DNA of 64,000 bases, from the NCBI GenBank assembly GCA_964463005.1, contig CAYWZZ010000001.1, positions 30,952 to 94,951 of the forward strand, written 5' to 3'. A program made the translations under genes and the position numbers. Below the pieces are notes generated by a model. The model made no database searches. It saw only the letters and a list, made by a program, of their open reading frames with translations, and was not told where the DNA came from. The DNA is from an uncultured Candidatus Bathyarchaeia archaeon (lineage in GTDB: Archaea > Thermoproteota > CALKCG01 > B24). This document shows, piece by piece, positions 20,503 through 29,953 of the stretch. Positions within the stretch are counted from its first letter, which is position 1. Each line of letters begins with the position of its first letter.

Positions 20503-20928
20503 TCACCTGTAACTTGTCTGATCTCTTCTTCTAGCCCCTGGTCCTCCGAATTTCTTAGGCTCTTTTCTCCTAGGGTCTCCTACTAGTAGAGGCCTATTGT
20601 ATGCCAATATCTGTTTCTTCAGAGCACTACTTTTAGTCCATTTCACTAGCGCTCTAGCTATACCTATGGCGGTAGCTTCAGCTTGACTCATGAACCCTCC
20701 ACCCTTAACATTGACGTCTATATCCAGGTTTTTCCACGCGTCTTTGCATATCATCAGAAGTTCTGTTATTACATTTCTAGCGGCTTCAGGCTGATATATT
20801 TCAATAGGAATAGAGTTTATTCTGATTCTACCCGCTCCCTCCCTCACGTAAACTCTAGCTATAGCGGTTTTACGTTTACCAACTTCTAGTAAGACTGCCT
20901 TGTCACGTTTATGCTTCTCACTCATCAC
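20503..20928 (-). CDS. rps9: 30S ribosomal protein S9 (uS9)
   Basis: C-terminal ...GGPGARRRDQTSYR signature. Confidence 0.9.
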   Translation of the reverse strand: MMSEKHKRDKAVLLEVGKRKTAIARVYVREGAGRIRINSIPIEIYQPEAARNVITELLMICKDAWKNLDIDVNVKGGGFMSQAEATAIGIARALVKWTKSSALKKQILAYNRPLLVGDPRRKEPKKFGGPGARRRDQTSYR

Positions 20929-21359
20929 TTACCCCTCCAACCAATCTGCTTAGCCAGTTCACCTAATCTGAAATACGGGCCTCTAAGCCTGCTGGCTTTA
21001 GCATCCTCAATAACCTCAAATTTCATATTTTTAAAAGCTTCTGGAATTCCAATATACACCTTAAGTCTTTTAAAGGCTTTCCTACCCTTAAATTTATCCC
21101 TGGGAAGCATCCCCTTAACGACACGTCTGAATATTGTATCTGGTCTACGTGGATGGAATGGCCCCTTCCTATACTTACCTACTTCGAGAAATTCCATCCA
21201 TTCTTCTAAAACCGAGTAGAAATCTCCCGAAACCACTATGTTTTCAGCATTTACAACAGCTATGTTCTCCCCTTGGAGAAGTCTCTTAGCTATGACGCTG
21301 GCAAGCCTACCCATTATATGGTTTGATCCGTCTATGACGGTAATATCCCTACTGGACAT
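20925..21359 (-). CDS. rpl13: 50S ribosomal protein L13 (uL13)
   Basis: Conserved uL13 sequence, adjacent to rps9. Confidence 0.9.
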   Translation of the reverse strand: MSSRDITVIDGSNHIMGRLASVIAKRLLQGENIAVVNAENIVVSGDFYSVLEEWMEFLEVGKYRKGPFHPRRPDTIFRRVVKGMLPRDKFKGRKAFKRLKVYIGIPEAFKNMKFEVIEDAKASRLRGPYFRLGELAKQIGWRGK

Positions 21360-21365
21360 TTAAGA

Positions 21366-21731
21366 TCACTCTACTATCTTAATATGTGATCCCTTAGGGT
21401 TTAATTCTGCAAGTTCACTTATTGATAAGCATTTACATCCAGCCTTCGTAAGTTTGGCTTTAGCTGTTTCTGAGAAGCCTAGGGCAGCTACAGTAATGCT
21501 ATGTGATATTTCACCTGAACCTAAGACTTTACCCGGAACTACTACAATTTCACCTTCTGAAGTAAGTTTTGAAAGCTTTGAAAGGTTAACCTCTGCCATA
21601 AGCCTTCTAGGTCTTTTAAGTCTTTCAGCAATATCAGCCCAAAGCCTAGACTTATTGCCGAGTATTTGAAGAAATTTAATGGTGTTTATCAACGTCGTGT
21701 TCGACTTACCGCGTTTAACCATTTCAGACAA
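21366..21731 (-). CDS. rpl18e: 50S ribosomal protein L18e
   Basis: Positional and sequence match to L18e. Confidence 0.8.
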   Translation of the reverse strand: MSEMVKRGKSNTTLINTIKFLQILGNKSRLWADIAERLKRPRRLMAEVNLSKLSKLTSEGEIVVVPGKVLGSGEISHSITVAALGFSETAKAKLTKAGCKCLSISELAELNPKGSHIKIVE

Positions 21732-22560
21732 CCCCTAGCTCACTTAACTGGCTTAAAAAAGTTTCACCTTTCATTCTTAGAATCCTACATGCTTCGGATA
21801 CAACCCTCCACGCTGGTATGGAGCCGGTAGTTTCTAGGAAGAATATCAATGAATTTTTGTCAAAATCGACATTAAGAGCGTTCTGAGCACACTTATTAAC
21901 ACATTCATTACATAAATCACATTTAAGCGGATCCGCCACATATGCTTTACCATCCTTAAGGGTGAACACGTTTTTATGACATACATCTATGCATGAACCG
22001 CACCCCGTACACTTAGAATCCATTACTGAAATAACCGGATAATACTTATACGTACACCTGACGACGGGGGACCATTTAGCATGCTTAGTGGCTTTTCCAA
22101 GTCTAGCATAAGCTTCAAGTCTAACTCTCTGACCTGGAGCAAGTTTAACAATTGGGATTTTATCACTCACAGGTTTAATCTCTGGATTAGCCTCGTGAGG
22201 TTTAAGGTCTCCAGAATAAACAGTAGTTATACCATTTCCTTTGCCTTCAGCATCTAAAACTAAAACGGCGGAACACCTACTACAACCTGTTTCAGTTCCA
22301 CATCCACATTCCTCGGGAAGAACATATCGGTCTAGATCTGTTTTTAAAGGTATTAAGCCGAGCCTATGTGCTAAAACCTCGTCATACATAACTGACGTAT
22401 TTTCAATTATATACACGTCGTCTATAGCCATCACTGGGACTTCAGCCATCATTATCCTCCTCAGGGAATTCATAAGCCTTGGAGAAATACCTCTAACTAT
22501 GAAATTTACCTCAGTATAGCTCTTCTTTAAGATCCCTATCTGCAAACAGTTATCCTCCAA
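21724..22560 (-). CDS. rpoD: DNA-directed RNA polymerase subunit D (Rpo3) with Fe-S domain
   Basis: CTGCGSCIDVC...CDLCNECVNKC ferredoxin-like insert, typical of crenarchaeal RpoD. Confidence 0.9.
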   Translation of the reverse strand: MEDNCLQIGILKKSYTEVNFIVRGISPRLMNSLRRIMMAEVPVMAIDDVYIIENTSVMYDEVLAHRLGLIPLKTDLDRYVLPEECGCGTETGCSRCSAVLVLDAEGKGNGITTVYSGDLKPHEANPEIKPVSDKIPIVKLAPGQRVRLEAYARLGKATKHAKWSPVVRCTYKYYPVISVMDSKCTGCGSCIDVCHKNVFTLKDGKAYVADPLKCDLCNECVNKCAQNALNVDFDKNSLIFFLETTGSIPAWRVVSEACRILRMKGETFLSQLSELGVV

Positions 22561-22585
22561 GTTAGAGGAGAAAAGGTCTGAACTT

Positions 22586-22595
22586 CCATATAATC
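22586..22595 (-). promoter_or_regulatory. TATA-like element about 30 nt upstream of the rpoD start
   Basis: ATATAAT centred about 31 nt from the rpoD start codon (22560), in the 101-bp divergent intergenic region. Confidence 0.3.
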
Positions 22596-22624
22596 TTTAC
22601 TTCAACTTGAATGCTGAGGAAGGA

Positions 22625-22634
22625 ATATTTAAAT
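22625..22634 (+). promoter_or_regulatory. TATA-like element (TATTTAAA) about 32 nt upstream of the rps11 start
   Basis: Perfect ATTTAAAT palindrome centred at about -32 from the ATG at 22662. Confidence 0.3.
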
Positions 22635-22661
22635 TGAAGTTTGCAATATAGCTAAGCTGGC

Positions 22662-23084
22662 ATGTCTGAAGAAGACAAAAGCGAAACTAAGAGTAGCAAA
22701 GAAGAGAGGTGGGGTATAGCACACATTTATAGCTCATCTAACAATACGATAGTTCATATTACAGATTTAACGGGAGCTGAAACAATAGCCCTATGTACGG
22801 GTGGTATGTTTGTTGACGCCGATAGACTTCAAGGCTCTCCTTATGCAGCCATGCAAGCAGCTTCGGCCGCAGCTGAAATAGCTAAGGAGAAGGGCATAAC
22901 GGCACTTCACATAAAGGTTAGAGCGCCTGGAGGTATTAAATCCAAGATTCCAGGACCCGGGGCCATGCATGCTATAAGGATACTAGCTAGAGCAGGTTTT
23001 AAAATAGGTAGAGTTGATGATGTTACACCGATTCCACATGATGGATGTAGGAGAAAGGGAGGCCGTAGGGGTAGAAGACCGTAA
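22662..23084 (+). CDS. rps11: 30S ribosomal protein S11 (uS11)
   Basis: ...[17 protein letters not shown]...RAPGG...[27 protein letters not shown]. On the opposite strand to its flanking partners. Confidence 0.9.
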   Translation: MSEEDKSETKSSKEERWGIAHIYSSSNNTIVHITDLTGAETIALCTGGMFVDADRLQGSPYAAMQAASAAAEIAKEKGITALHIKVRAPGGIKSKIPGPGAMHAIRILARAGFKIGRVDDVTPIPHDGCRRKGGRRGRRP

Positions 23085-23086
23085 AA

Positions 23087-23668
23087 CTACATTTTTTCTG
23101 AGGGCTCAAGTTCCCTCGAAACTTCTTCCATTTTACTCGTTACATGCATTGCTTCTATGGATGCCCTAATAGGATGCTTTGGGTCATTGAATGGGCTATC
23201 TGAAGCATAATGTATCTTATCCTCCTCTCCAGCTTTAACAAGGTAAGATGGCACTCTGACAACTCTATTATTAACCGCTATATGTCCATGCACTATGAAC
23301 TGCCTAGCTTGATGAATTGTTTTGGCTAAACCGAGCTTGTAGACAAGCGTTTGGAGCCTACGGTTTAAAATATCTTCCAATGTTAAATCCAACACGTGGT
23401 CTAACGTAGCAGATTCTGAAAGCAAACCCATACGTTTAAGTTTATCTAGAAGAACAGTTTCAGCTTTAACTCTAACCTCTTGAGGCTTAGCCAATAAACT
23501 CCTAGCCATAGCCCTTATGCGTGAAAGCTGAGTTCTATGTCTCCAAAGTTCACGTTTATTTCTAAGACCATATTCACCTAAGTAGCGCAATTCGAGTTGG
23601 AGCCTCTGCATATCCCAAGGCTTCTTAGGAGTTTCATACTTCTTCCGTTGTCTTTTAGGATCGCCCAA
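23087..23668 (-). CDS. rps4: 30S ribosomal protein S4 (uS4)
   Basis: MGDPKRQRKKYETPKKPW...YGLRNKRELW. Confidence 0.9.
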   Translation of the reverse strand: MGDPKRQRKKYETPKKPWDMQRLQLELRYLGEYGLRNKRELWRHRTQLSRIRAMARSLLAKPQEVRVKAETVLLDKLKRMGLLSESATLDHVLDLTLEDILNRRLQTLVYKLGLAKTIHQARQFIVHGHIAVNNRVVRVPSYLVKAGEEDKIHYASDSPFNDPKHPIRASIEAMHVTSKMEEVSRELEPSEKM

Positions 23669-23679
23669 ATTTCACACCT

Positions 23680-24141
23680 CTATGAAACCTTCTTCCTCTG
23701 AACACCTACAGTTCTACCCTTCCTACCCGTTGTCCTAGTTTTCTGACCTCTAACCTTTAAACCTAAGCTATGCCTCCAACCCTTCCAAGAGCGGATACTT
23801 TTCATAAACTCAATGTCTTGCTTAATCCTAAGCTCTAGATCGGAGCCTATCAGGTGCATATCTTTACCCGTCTCTAAGTCTTTACGTCTATTAAACATCC
23901 AACTTGGAATATTGAATTTTGAAGGCGCTTTTAGAGTAGCCTCTATTTTTTTAAGTTCTTCATCAGACAATTCGCCTAAACGCTTATTCGGATCTACGCC
24001 TACACTTCTGGCTATAGCCCAACCTAACGTAATGCCTACGCCCTTAATCTTCATAAGAGCGTAGGGGACTTTCTTAAACCCATCTAAGTCTGTATCAACT
24101 AAACGTACGATGTATCTGAGTCCTTCCGTCAAATACCGCAC
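23680..24141 (-). CDS. rps13: 30S ribosomal protein S13 (uS13)
   Basis: ...IKGVGITLGWAIARSVG... uS13 signature. Confidence 0.9.
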   Translation of the reverse strand: MRYLTEGLRYIVRLVDTDLDGFKKVPYALMKIKGVGITLGWAIARSVGVDPNKRLGELSDEELKKIEATLKAPSKFNIPSWMFNRRKDLETGKDMHLIGSDLELRIKQDIEFMKSIRSWKGWRHSLGLKVRGQKTRTTGRKGRTVGVQRKKVS

Positions 24142-24242
24142 CGCGTGTAAAACACATAATTACAAAACCTAGATATAAGTTTATTTTTAAACTCAGCTTT
24201 TCCCATTAGACTTGACGATTCCATCGTATTGCCTATAGTACT

Positions 24243-26702
24243 TCACCATTTTAAAAAGCCGTACTCTAACATGGATCTAAATTCATCAACTGTAAGGTCT
24301 TTAGGGGTTTCAACTAAAATCTCAGCCCTGCTATTTGGAGGAATGCTTAGGTAATTTTCAGAATATTTCGCGTCGAGATTCCTAAGTTTAACGTAAACTC
24401 CATAAGCGTAGTTTTTAACGGTTAAAGTTACCTTAAATGTCCGTGACTTTAGTTTATTAACTTCAACATTTAAAATTGGATCTGGAAACTCTACATGTTT
24501 AAACTTGCCAATTAAGACGTCATTAATTACTTTACTTCCATTAAACGACACTTCTGCGACGGCTACGGCTCCTCTAAAATTCTCAACATCTACAATTAAA
24601 CATTCTTTCGCAGAGTTTGCTTCAATCTCTAGATCTTCAATGGTTTTACTAAACAATAATTCACCTGTAAGTTTCTGAATGGAAAGTTTTAAAACTCCAC
24701 GTATACATTGAAGTGTATCATTCACTATGGAGACCTGAAGATTTCGTCCTCTTAAATTTAATGCGATGTAAATAGGGCTGAAAGCCCTCTTAACGTAGTA
24801 ATAGGCAGGTTTAGGTCTAAAGTAGTAATCTATAAGGCTCCAGCTTATAACAGGCCAGCAATCATTAATCTGCCATATGAGACACCCATTCGTTTTAAAC
24901 ATTCTGCTTCTCCAATGGGATATAGCGGTTTTCAAAGCTTCTCCCTGATTAAGTTGCGTTAAATATATGAATTTTTCAAGGTTTTCCGGAACTCTAAAGT
25001 AACCTGCTAAAAACCTGTATAGTCTCTCAGCCCCTTCATGCATCTTATTATGCTATTCCATAACTTGACTTTGAACCCATCTATCTTCCTCAGCCGTAAA
25101 GGATTCAACGGTTTCAATACATGGAAAGGCTTGAAAACCAAACTCGCTGATAAACCTACCGTTATCCAGCAAATAGGCCCTCCAATCCCTCTACCCACTC
25201 CATACATCCCAGCTATGTCTATCGCCCTCTCTAGGACTATCGGGATCGTCTCCCCCATATGGACTACTAGGCCAATACGGTCTGGTAGGGTCAAGCCGCT
25301 TAATTATTTCAGGTATAACTTTATGGTAGATTTTCTCACCATAAAATCTATCCCTCACCCACCATCTAGCTTTAAAACCCCATTCATTTTCGTTATTTCC
25401 ACACCATAGTACTATAGATGGATGATTTCTAAGCCTCTTAACATTCTCCTCAACTTCCCTCTCAATGGAAGCTATGAAGAAGTCTTCTTCAGAATACTCT
25501 CCGCATGCGAACATAAAGTCATGCCAAATCATTATACCTAATTCATCACATAAATCGTAGAAATCGTCGGCTTCATACACACCACCACCCCAGACCCTGA
25601 GCATGTTCATATTCGCCTTAGATGTTGCTTCTAAAAGCTTTCTATAGATCTCTTTGTCAACTCTAGGCAGAAAACTGTCTGCTGGAATCCAGTTGGCACC
25701 TTTACAGAAAACGCATATACCGTTAATTTTAAATATGAAGCACTCTCCTTCTTCATCTTCAGTCCTTTGAAGCTCAATGGATCTAATGCCGAATCTGACC
25801 TTACGACTATCTAAGATAATATTTGCATTATTTAAAAGGAGGGCGTTAAGTGTATACAGGTATTGAGCCCCATAGCCTCTTGGATACCAGAGTTTAGGCT
25901 TTTTGACTTTAAGTTCAGAGCGAAAAATGTTTAACCCTTCTTTAGCCAATCCTTCTACGCATACTTTAACGTTTTCCTCCTCTATTTTAAAAATTAATCT
26001 AACATAACTCGGTTTAGTAGAGTAAACTTCAGCCTCAACTTCAACCAAAGCTTCTTCTTCTGAAATTCTTAAAGGTAATGCTGAAATGTAACCTAATCTG
26101 GCCTCATCGTATGCTAGCAGTTCAACGCTTCTCCATATACCAACAGTTGGCAATCTTGGATCCCAATCCCATCTAAATGAATACTGAGCCTTCCTACCAT
26201 ATACTCTAGCAGTGTAGAATGCGGCCCATAACTTCCCATATTTAGATTCCAGCATCTCCAGAACCTTTGATGGAGATTTAAATCTAACGACTAGTATGTT
26301 TTTCCCAGGTTTCACAAGTCCATCAACTTTAAAAATCCACGGGTGAAACATGTTACACGTTTCACCGAGCATTACACTGTTAAGCCAAATCTCTGCGTAA
26401 GTATCTAAACCGTGGAAAATGAGTTCCAGACAGTTCTTGCTGGCTATGTGATCTGAAACTTCGAATTCTTTAACGTATAACCAATCCTTCTCCTCAACCC
26501 ATGAAACTTCAAACTCGTTCATCCTATAGAAGGGATCTGGAATCACTCCATTTCTCATAAGGTCTAAATGAACTACACCTGGAACCTCAGCCTTTAACCA
26601 GTCTTCGGCGGTGAGATCTAACTTTGAAACATCTATACACTCATTAAATTCTAGCTTCTTAAAAAACCAAACGCCGTTAAGGGGGATTCTTATGATAGAC
26701 AT
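24243..26702 (-). pseudogene. GH2 beta-mannosidase-like glycoside hydrolase with two in-frame TAG codons (25191-25193 and 25053-25055)
   Basis: A single reading frame gives LRNHPSIVLWCGNNE (acid/base region), GDRHSWDVWSG[TAG]RDWRAYLLDNGRFISEFGFQAFP (nucleophile region) and ...VME[TAG]HNKMHEGAERLYRF.... The ORF track splits this into three pieces, but there is no frameshift. Confidence 0.65.
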
Positions 26703-26899
26703 ACACTATACGATAGTATTGATCGAATTTAAATGTATAACCGCTTTTAAAACTTCGACCGCCGTCATCAAAGACTTTTCTGGAAACTTACTTCATCCGT
26801 TGGACTGAATTTTAATTTTTTACTTTACCAATTTTGCCGTATTATTAGGCAGGTGTAAACTTCTAAGTTTTAAAGGCTTCCGTTACTACATAACTTAAG

Positions 26900-27940
26900 G
26901 TGTTTAAAATGGATAGAATTAGGGTGGGGTTTATAGGGTGCGGTTCTCATTCAACGGAAAACCTATACCCATGTTTGAGATATTTTACCGATAGAGTTGA
27001 GCTTGTAGCCACGTGTGATATAGATACTGAGAGAGCGGAGAGAAACGCTAGATTATTCGGATTTAATATGTGGTATAAGGATTATAGGCAGATGATTGAA
27101 GCAGAAGACTTAGATGGGGTTTTCATAGTAGGTCATCCAAATATGCACTATGAAATTGGTCTTGAATGTTTAAAATCTGGAATTCACGTATTTGTGGAAA
27201 AACCACCGGCATTAAATTCAGACCAGGCATACGGACTTTTAGAAGCATCTAAGAAATACAATAGATTTGTAATGGTTGCTTTTATGAAAAGGTTTTCAGT
27301 AGGCTATAGACTTGCTAAAACAATTATAGATAAGCTAGAGCATGGTAAAATTGCTCATATATCGACTAAATTCGCCAATGGACCATATGGATCCATATGG
27401 GGTGCAGAGCCGCCAGCAAAGGCATTTCTAATAGGTCAAGTCGTACACCATTTTGACCTCGTACGATTTTTAGTAGGAGAAGTTAAGGAGGTCTACGCCA
27501 AGCTTCACATACTAACAGATACGAAGTTCTCATTTTCAATACTACTAACCTTTGAAAATGAAGCAACAGGCATCATGAATCTTAATTCGTGTCAATCATG
27601 GTCTAAAATAGATGAATATGTAGAAGTTACGTGCGATGAGTCATTTATATTCGTTGATGATATGGCTTCTCAAGTTAAGTATTACCCAAGGGGTTTGTGG
27701 ATTGAAACAGATGGCTTTAAAGCTGCAAATCAAGGATATTTTTGGGAAATAAACCACCTACCTACCATAGAGTACCAAAGTAGGTATCTTAGGGGATATT
27801 ACGGTGAAATTGAGCACTTTATAGATTCCATTTTGAAAAATAGTCCTCCAAAACCGGATGCAGAAGACGGGTTTAAAGCACTCAAACTAGCCGAAGCGGT
27901 ATGGAAGAGCGTTTGTGAGAGGAAGGCGGTAAACGTTTGA
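26900..27940 (+). CDS. Gfo/Idh/MocA family NAD(P)-dependent oxidoreductase
   Basis: RVGFIGCGSHS Rossmann N-terminus, EKP motif and a C-terminal alpha/beta domain. Confidence 0.8.
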   Translation: MFKMDRIRVGFIGCGSHSTENLYPCLRYFTDRVELVATCDIDTERAERNARLFGFNMWYKDYRQMIEAEDLDGVFIVGHPNMHYEIGLECLKSGIHVFVEKPPALNSDQAYGLLEASKKYNRFVMVAFMKRFSVGYRLAKTIIDKLEHGKIAHISTKFANGPYGSIWGAEPPAKAFLIGQVVHHFDLVRFLVGEVKEVYAKLHILTDTKFSFSILLTFENEATGIMNLNSCQSWSKIDEYVEVTCDESFIFVDDMASQVKYYPRGLWIETDGFKAANQGYFWEINHLPTIEYQSRYLRGYYGEIEHFIDSILKNSPPKPDAEDGFKALKLAEAVWKSVCERKAVNV

Positions 27941-27972
27941 TAACTTAATCTAAATCTTTGCATAAAGTATAG

Positions 27973-28506
27973 TTGGGGTGTCTCTACTTGATCCATGTAA
28001 TAATAATCTGTGAAAGAGGGGGAGGTTTCATAGTTTTAAGAGAAATCAGCGATTTGGGGGAGTTCAAAGAAACTGGTTTTAGAGATGTTTTACAAGGTCA
28101 GGTCGATGATTTAGAAACTTTTTTAGAAGAGCTATCTAAAAGACAGACCATAAACGTGAGCCGTGTAATACCAGTAGAGGAATTCTTTAAATTTAAACCA
28201 GAAAATTTACTGGAAATATTAAGGGAAAAAATTAAGTGTTTAATAGATAGGATTGGAAAAGATGAAAGTTTCTGTGTAAGGGTTGAACGTAGAGGATTCA
28301 AAGGAGCCATTTCTAGCAGTGACTTAGAGAAAAGTATAGGTGAATACGTATGGCAACTCTTAAAAGACAAGTATGGAAAACCTCCGAAGGTTGATTTAAA
28401 GAATCCAGATAAACTGATATCCATTCAAACCATAGGAGGGTTATGCGGAGTAGCGTTAATAGATCGAAGGCTTAGAGAGAAGTATCCAATTGTTAAAGTT
28501 AAGTAG
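27973..28506 (+). CDS. THUMP-domain protein (putative RNA-modification associated)
   Basis: ...CVRVERRGFKG... pattern and about 170-aa size resemble stand-alone archaeal THUMP proteins. Start codon uncertain. Confidence 0.4.
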   Translation: MGCLYLIHVIIICERGGGFIVLREISDLGEFKETGFRDVLQGQVDDLETFLEELSKRQTINVSRVIPVEEFFKFKPENLLEILREKIKCLIDRIGKDESFCVRVERRGFKGAISSSDLEKSIGEYVWQLLKDKYGKPPKVDLKNPDKLISIQTIGGLCGVALIDRRLREKYPIVKVK

Positions 28507-28556
28507 GAGGAATTGAGTAAACTAGCGGTTTCCCCCATCAAAATACCGTAAAAAGA

Positions 28557-29081
28557 TCAAAGTTTATAGCCTATCTTTCTCAGAAACTCCTTCCTTTCTT
28601 TAACGTCTTCCTCTTTCTCAACCCCCTTTGTTTTAAAGCCATCTATAACGCCCAATATCCCCCTACCCTGATCTGTTTCAGCTATTATTACTTGCAACGG
28701 GTTAGCCGTAGCGGCTATTATTCTACAGACTTCGGGAACATGTTTAATAGCATTAAGTACGTTTATTGGATACGCATCCCTAATATATATTATGAAAACG
28801 TGGCCGCAACCCATTTTTAAAGCATTATCAGCTGCGAGTTTTTTCAACTCATCGTCGTTACCACTTACTCTAATAAGACACGGTCCACTGGATTCGTTAA
28901 AAGCTATCCCGAATTTTATAGTTGGAACAGAATTTACTAAAGCCTCATGTAGATCTTCAACAGTCTTTATAAAATGGGCCTGTCCAATTATAACATTCAC
29001 GGTCTTAGGAACATCTAATGTTACAACTTCAATTTTCGGCTCCAAGACCCAGACCCCTCCAACCCGTATTAATTCTAGCAA
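28557..29081 (-). CDS. Adenosine-specific kinase-like protein (PF04008/DUF355-like), tentative
   Basis: 174 aa, soluble. Assignment is by weak remembered similarity only. Confidence 0.25.
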   Translation of the reverse strand: MLELIRVGGVWVLEPKIEVVTLDVPKTVNVIIGQAHFIKTVEDLHEALVNSVPTIKFGIAFNESSGPCLIRVSGNDDELKKLAADNALKMGCGHVFIIYIRDAYPINVLNAIKHVPEVCRIIAATANPLQVIIAETDQGRGILGVIDGFKTKGVEKEEDVKERKEFLRKIGYKL

Positions 29082-29214
29082 ACATATTAAAATTACTCCT
29101 ACCGAGTAAACAAACCTTTTGAAAACGCATGTACATATGCATAAAAGTATGTAAGTTTGAGATAAGCTTAAAAGTATTTATGTTTACAGTTTTCCAGAAT
29201 CATTAGGCGATATT

Positions 29215-29898
29215 TTGAACTTTAAAATTAGACTGTTACTGATAGTGTTAATTGTAATAATCTTAGGGTTGGGTATCAGAATTGCATATAGGGATGTTGA
29301 AAAGTTTACAATCTATGGTTCTCCAGTGTATAGGGGATTCGGTATCTTCACCCTATGTTTTATAGGAAGTGCTTCTCCAATTATTCCAATACCTTATACA
29401 GCAGTTATTCTAATTTTAGCTGCATCTATACCAAGTCTCAACTTAATCGAGATAGCAGTATGGGGAGGCTTAGGATCCGGATTGGGGCAAACTACAAGCT
29501 GGATTGTAGGCAAACTTATAGGTAAAGGTGTTAGATCGCCTAAGTATGAAAGGCGACTTAAAATTCTAGCAACTCTAACTCAAAAACATAGTCTAATAAT
29601 CTCCTTTATTATATTCATATTTGCACTTACACCACTACCGGACAACATTCTATTCATAATATTGGGTACTATAAACTACAGTCTAATACATGTATTGGTA
29701 CCAGCTGTACTAGGTAAGATCGCTATGATTTGTATAATCGGTTTATTTGGTAGAATTGTAGGCGAAAAGCTGCCTTTTTGGTTTTCCCTACTCTTAACTG
29801 TACTTCTCACCGCTATATTTATAGCTGTCGTTGAATTCGTAGATTGGGAGAAGTTGGCTAAAAAGTATGCTAAAACTCTCTTCTCCAAAGAAGATTAG
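29215..29898 (+). CDS. Polytopic membrane protein (DedA/TVP38-like?)
   Basis: Five to six hydrophobic helices. Family assignment is weak. Confidence 0.35.
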   Translation: MNFKIRLLLIVLIVIILGLGIRIAYRDVEKFTIYGSPVYRGFGIFTLCFIGSASPIIPIPYTAVILILAASIPSLNLIEIAVWGGLGSGLGQTTSWIVGKLIGKGVRSPKYERRLKILATLTQKHSLIISFIIFIFALTPLPDNILFIILGTINYSLIHVLVPAVLGKIAMICIIGLFGRIVGEKLPFWFSLLLTVLLTAIFIAVVEFVDWEKLAKKYAKTLFSKED

Positions 29899-29953
29899 AA
29901 AAAGTCGGAGAAAATTCAGAAATCAAATATCAACTGTCTTTCCGAGAAAAATC

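Noticed and set aside
20279-20512. 77-aa plus-strand ORF in the rps9-downstream spacer
   Set aside because: No recognisable features, and it overlaps the rps9 3' end. It is likely non-coding spacer.
25053-25193. UAG recoding (pyrrolysine or amber suppression) as the explanation for the two in-frame TAGs in the GH2 gene
   Set aside because: TAG terminates rps14 at 43627-43629 with the correct protein length, and rps8 starts just after it. No pylT/pylS-like genes or CUA-anticodon tRNA are present in the window. Pseudogenisation is the simpler explanation, and the observation is recorded as a finding instead.
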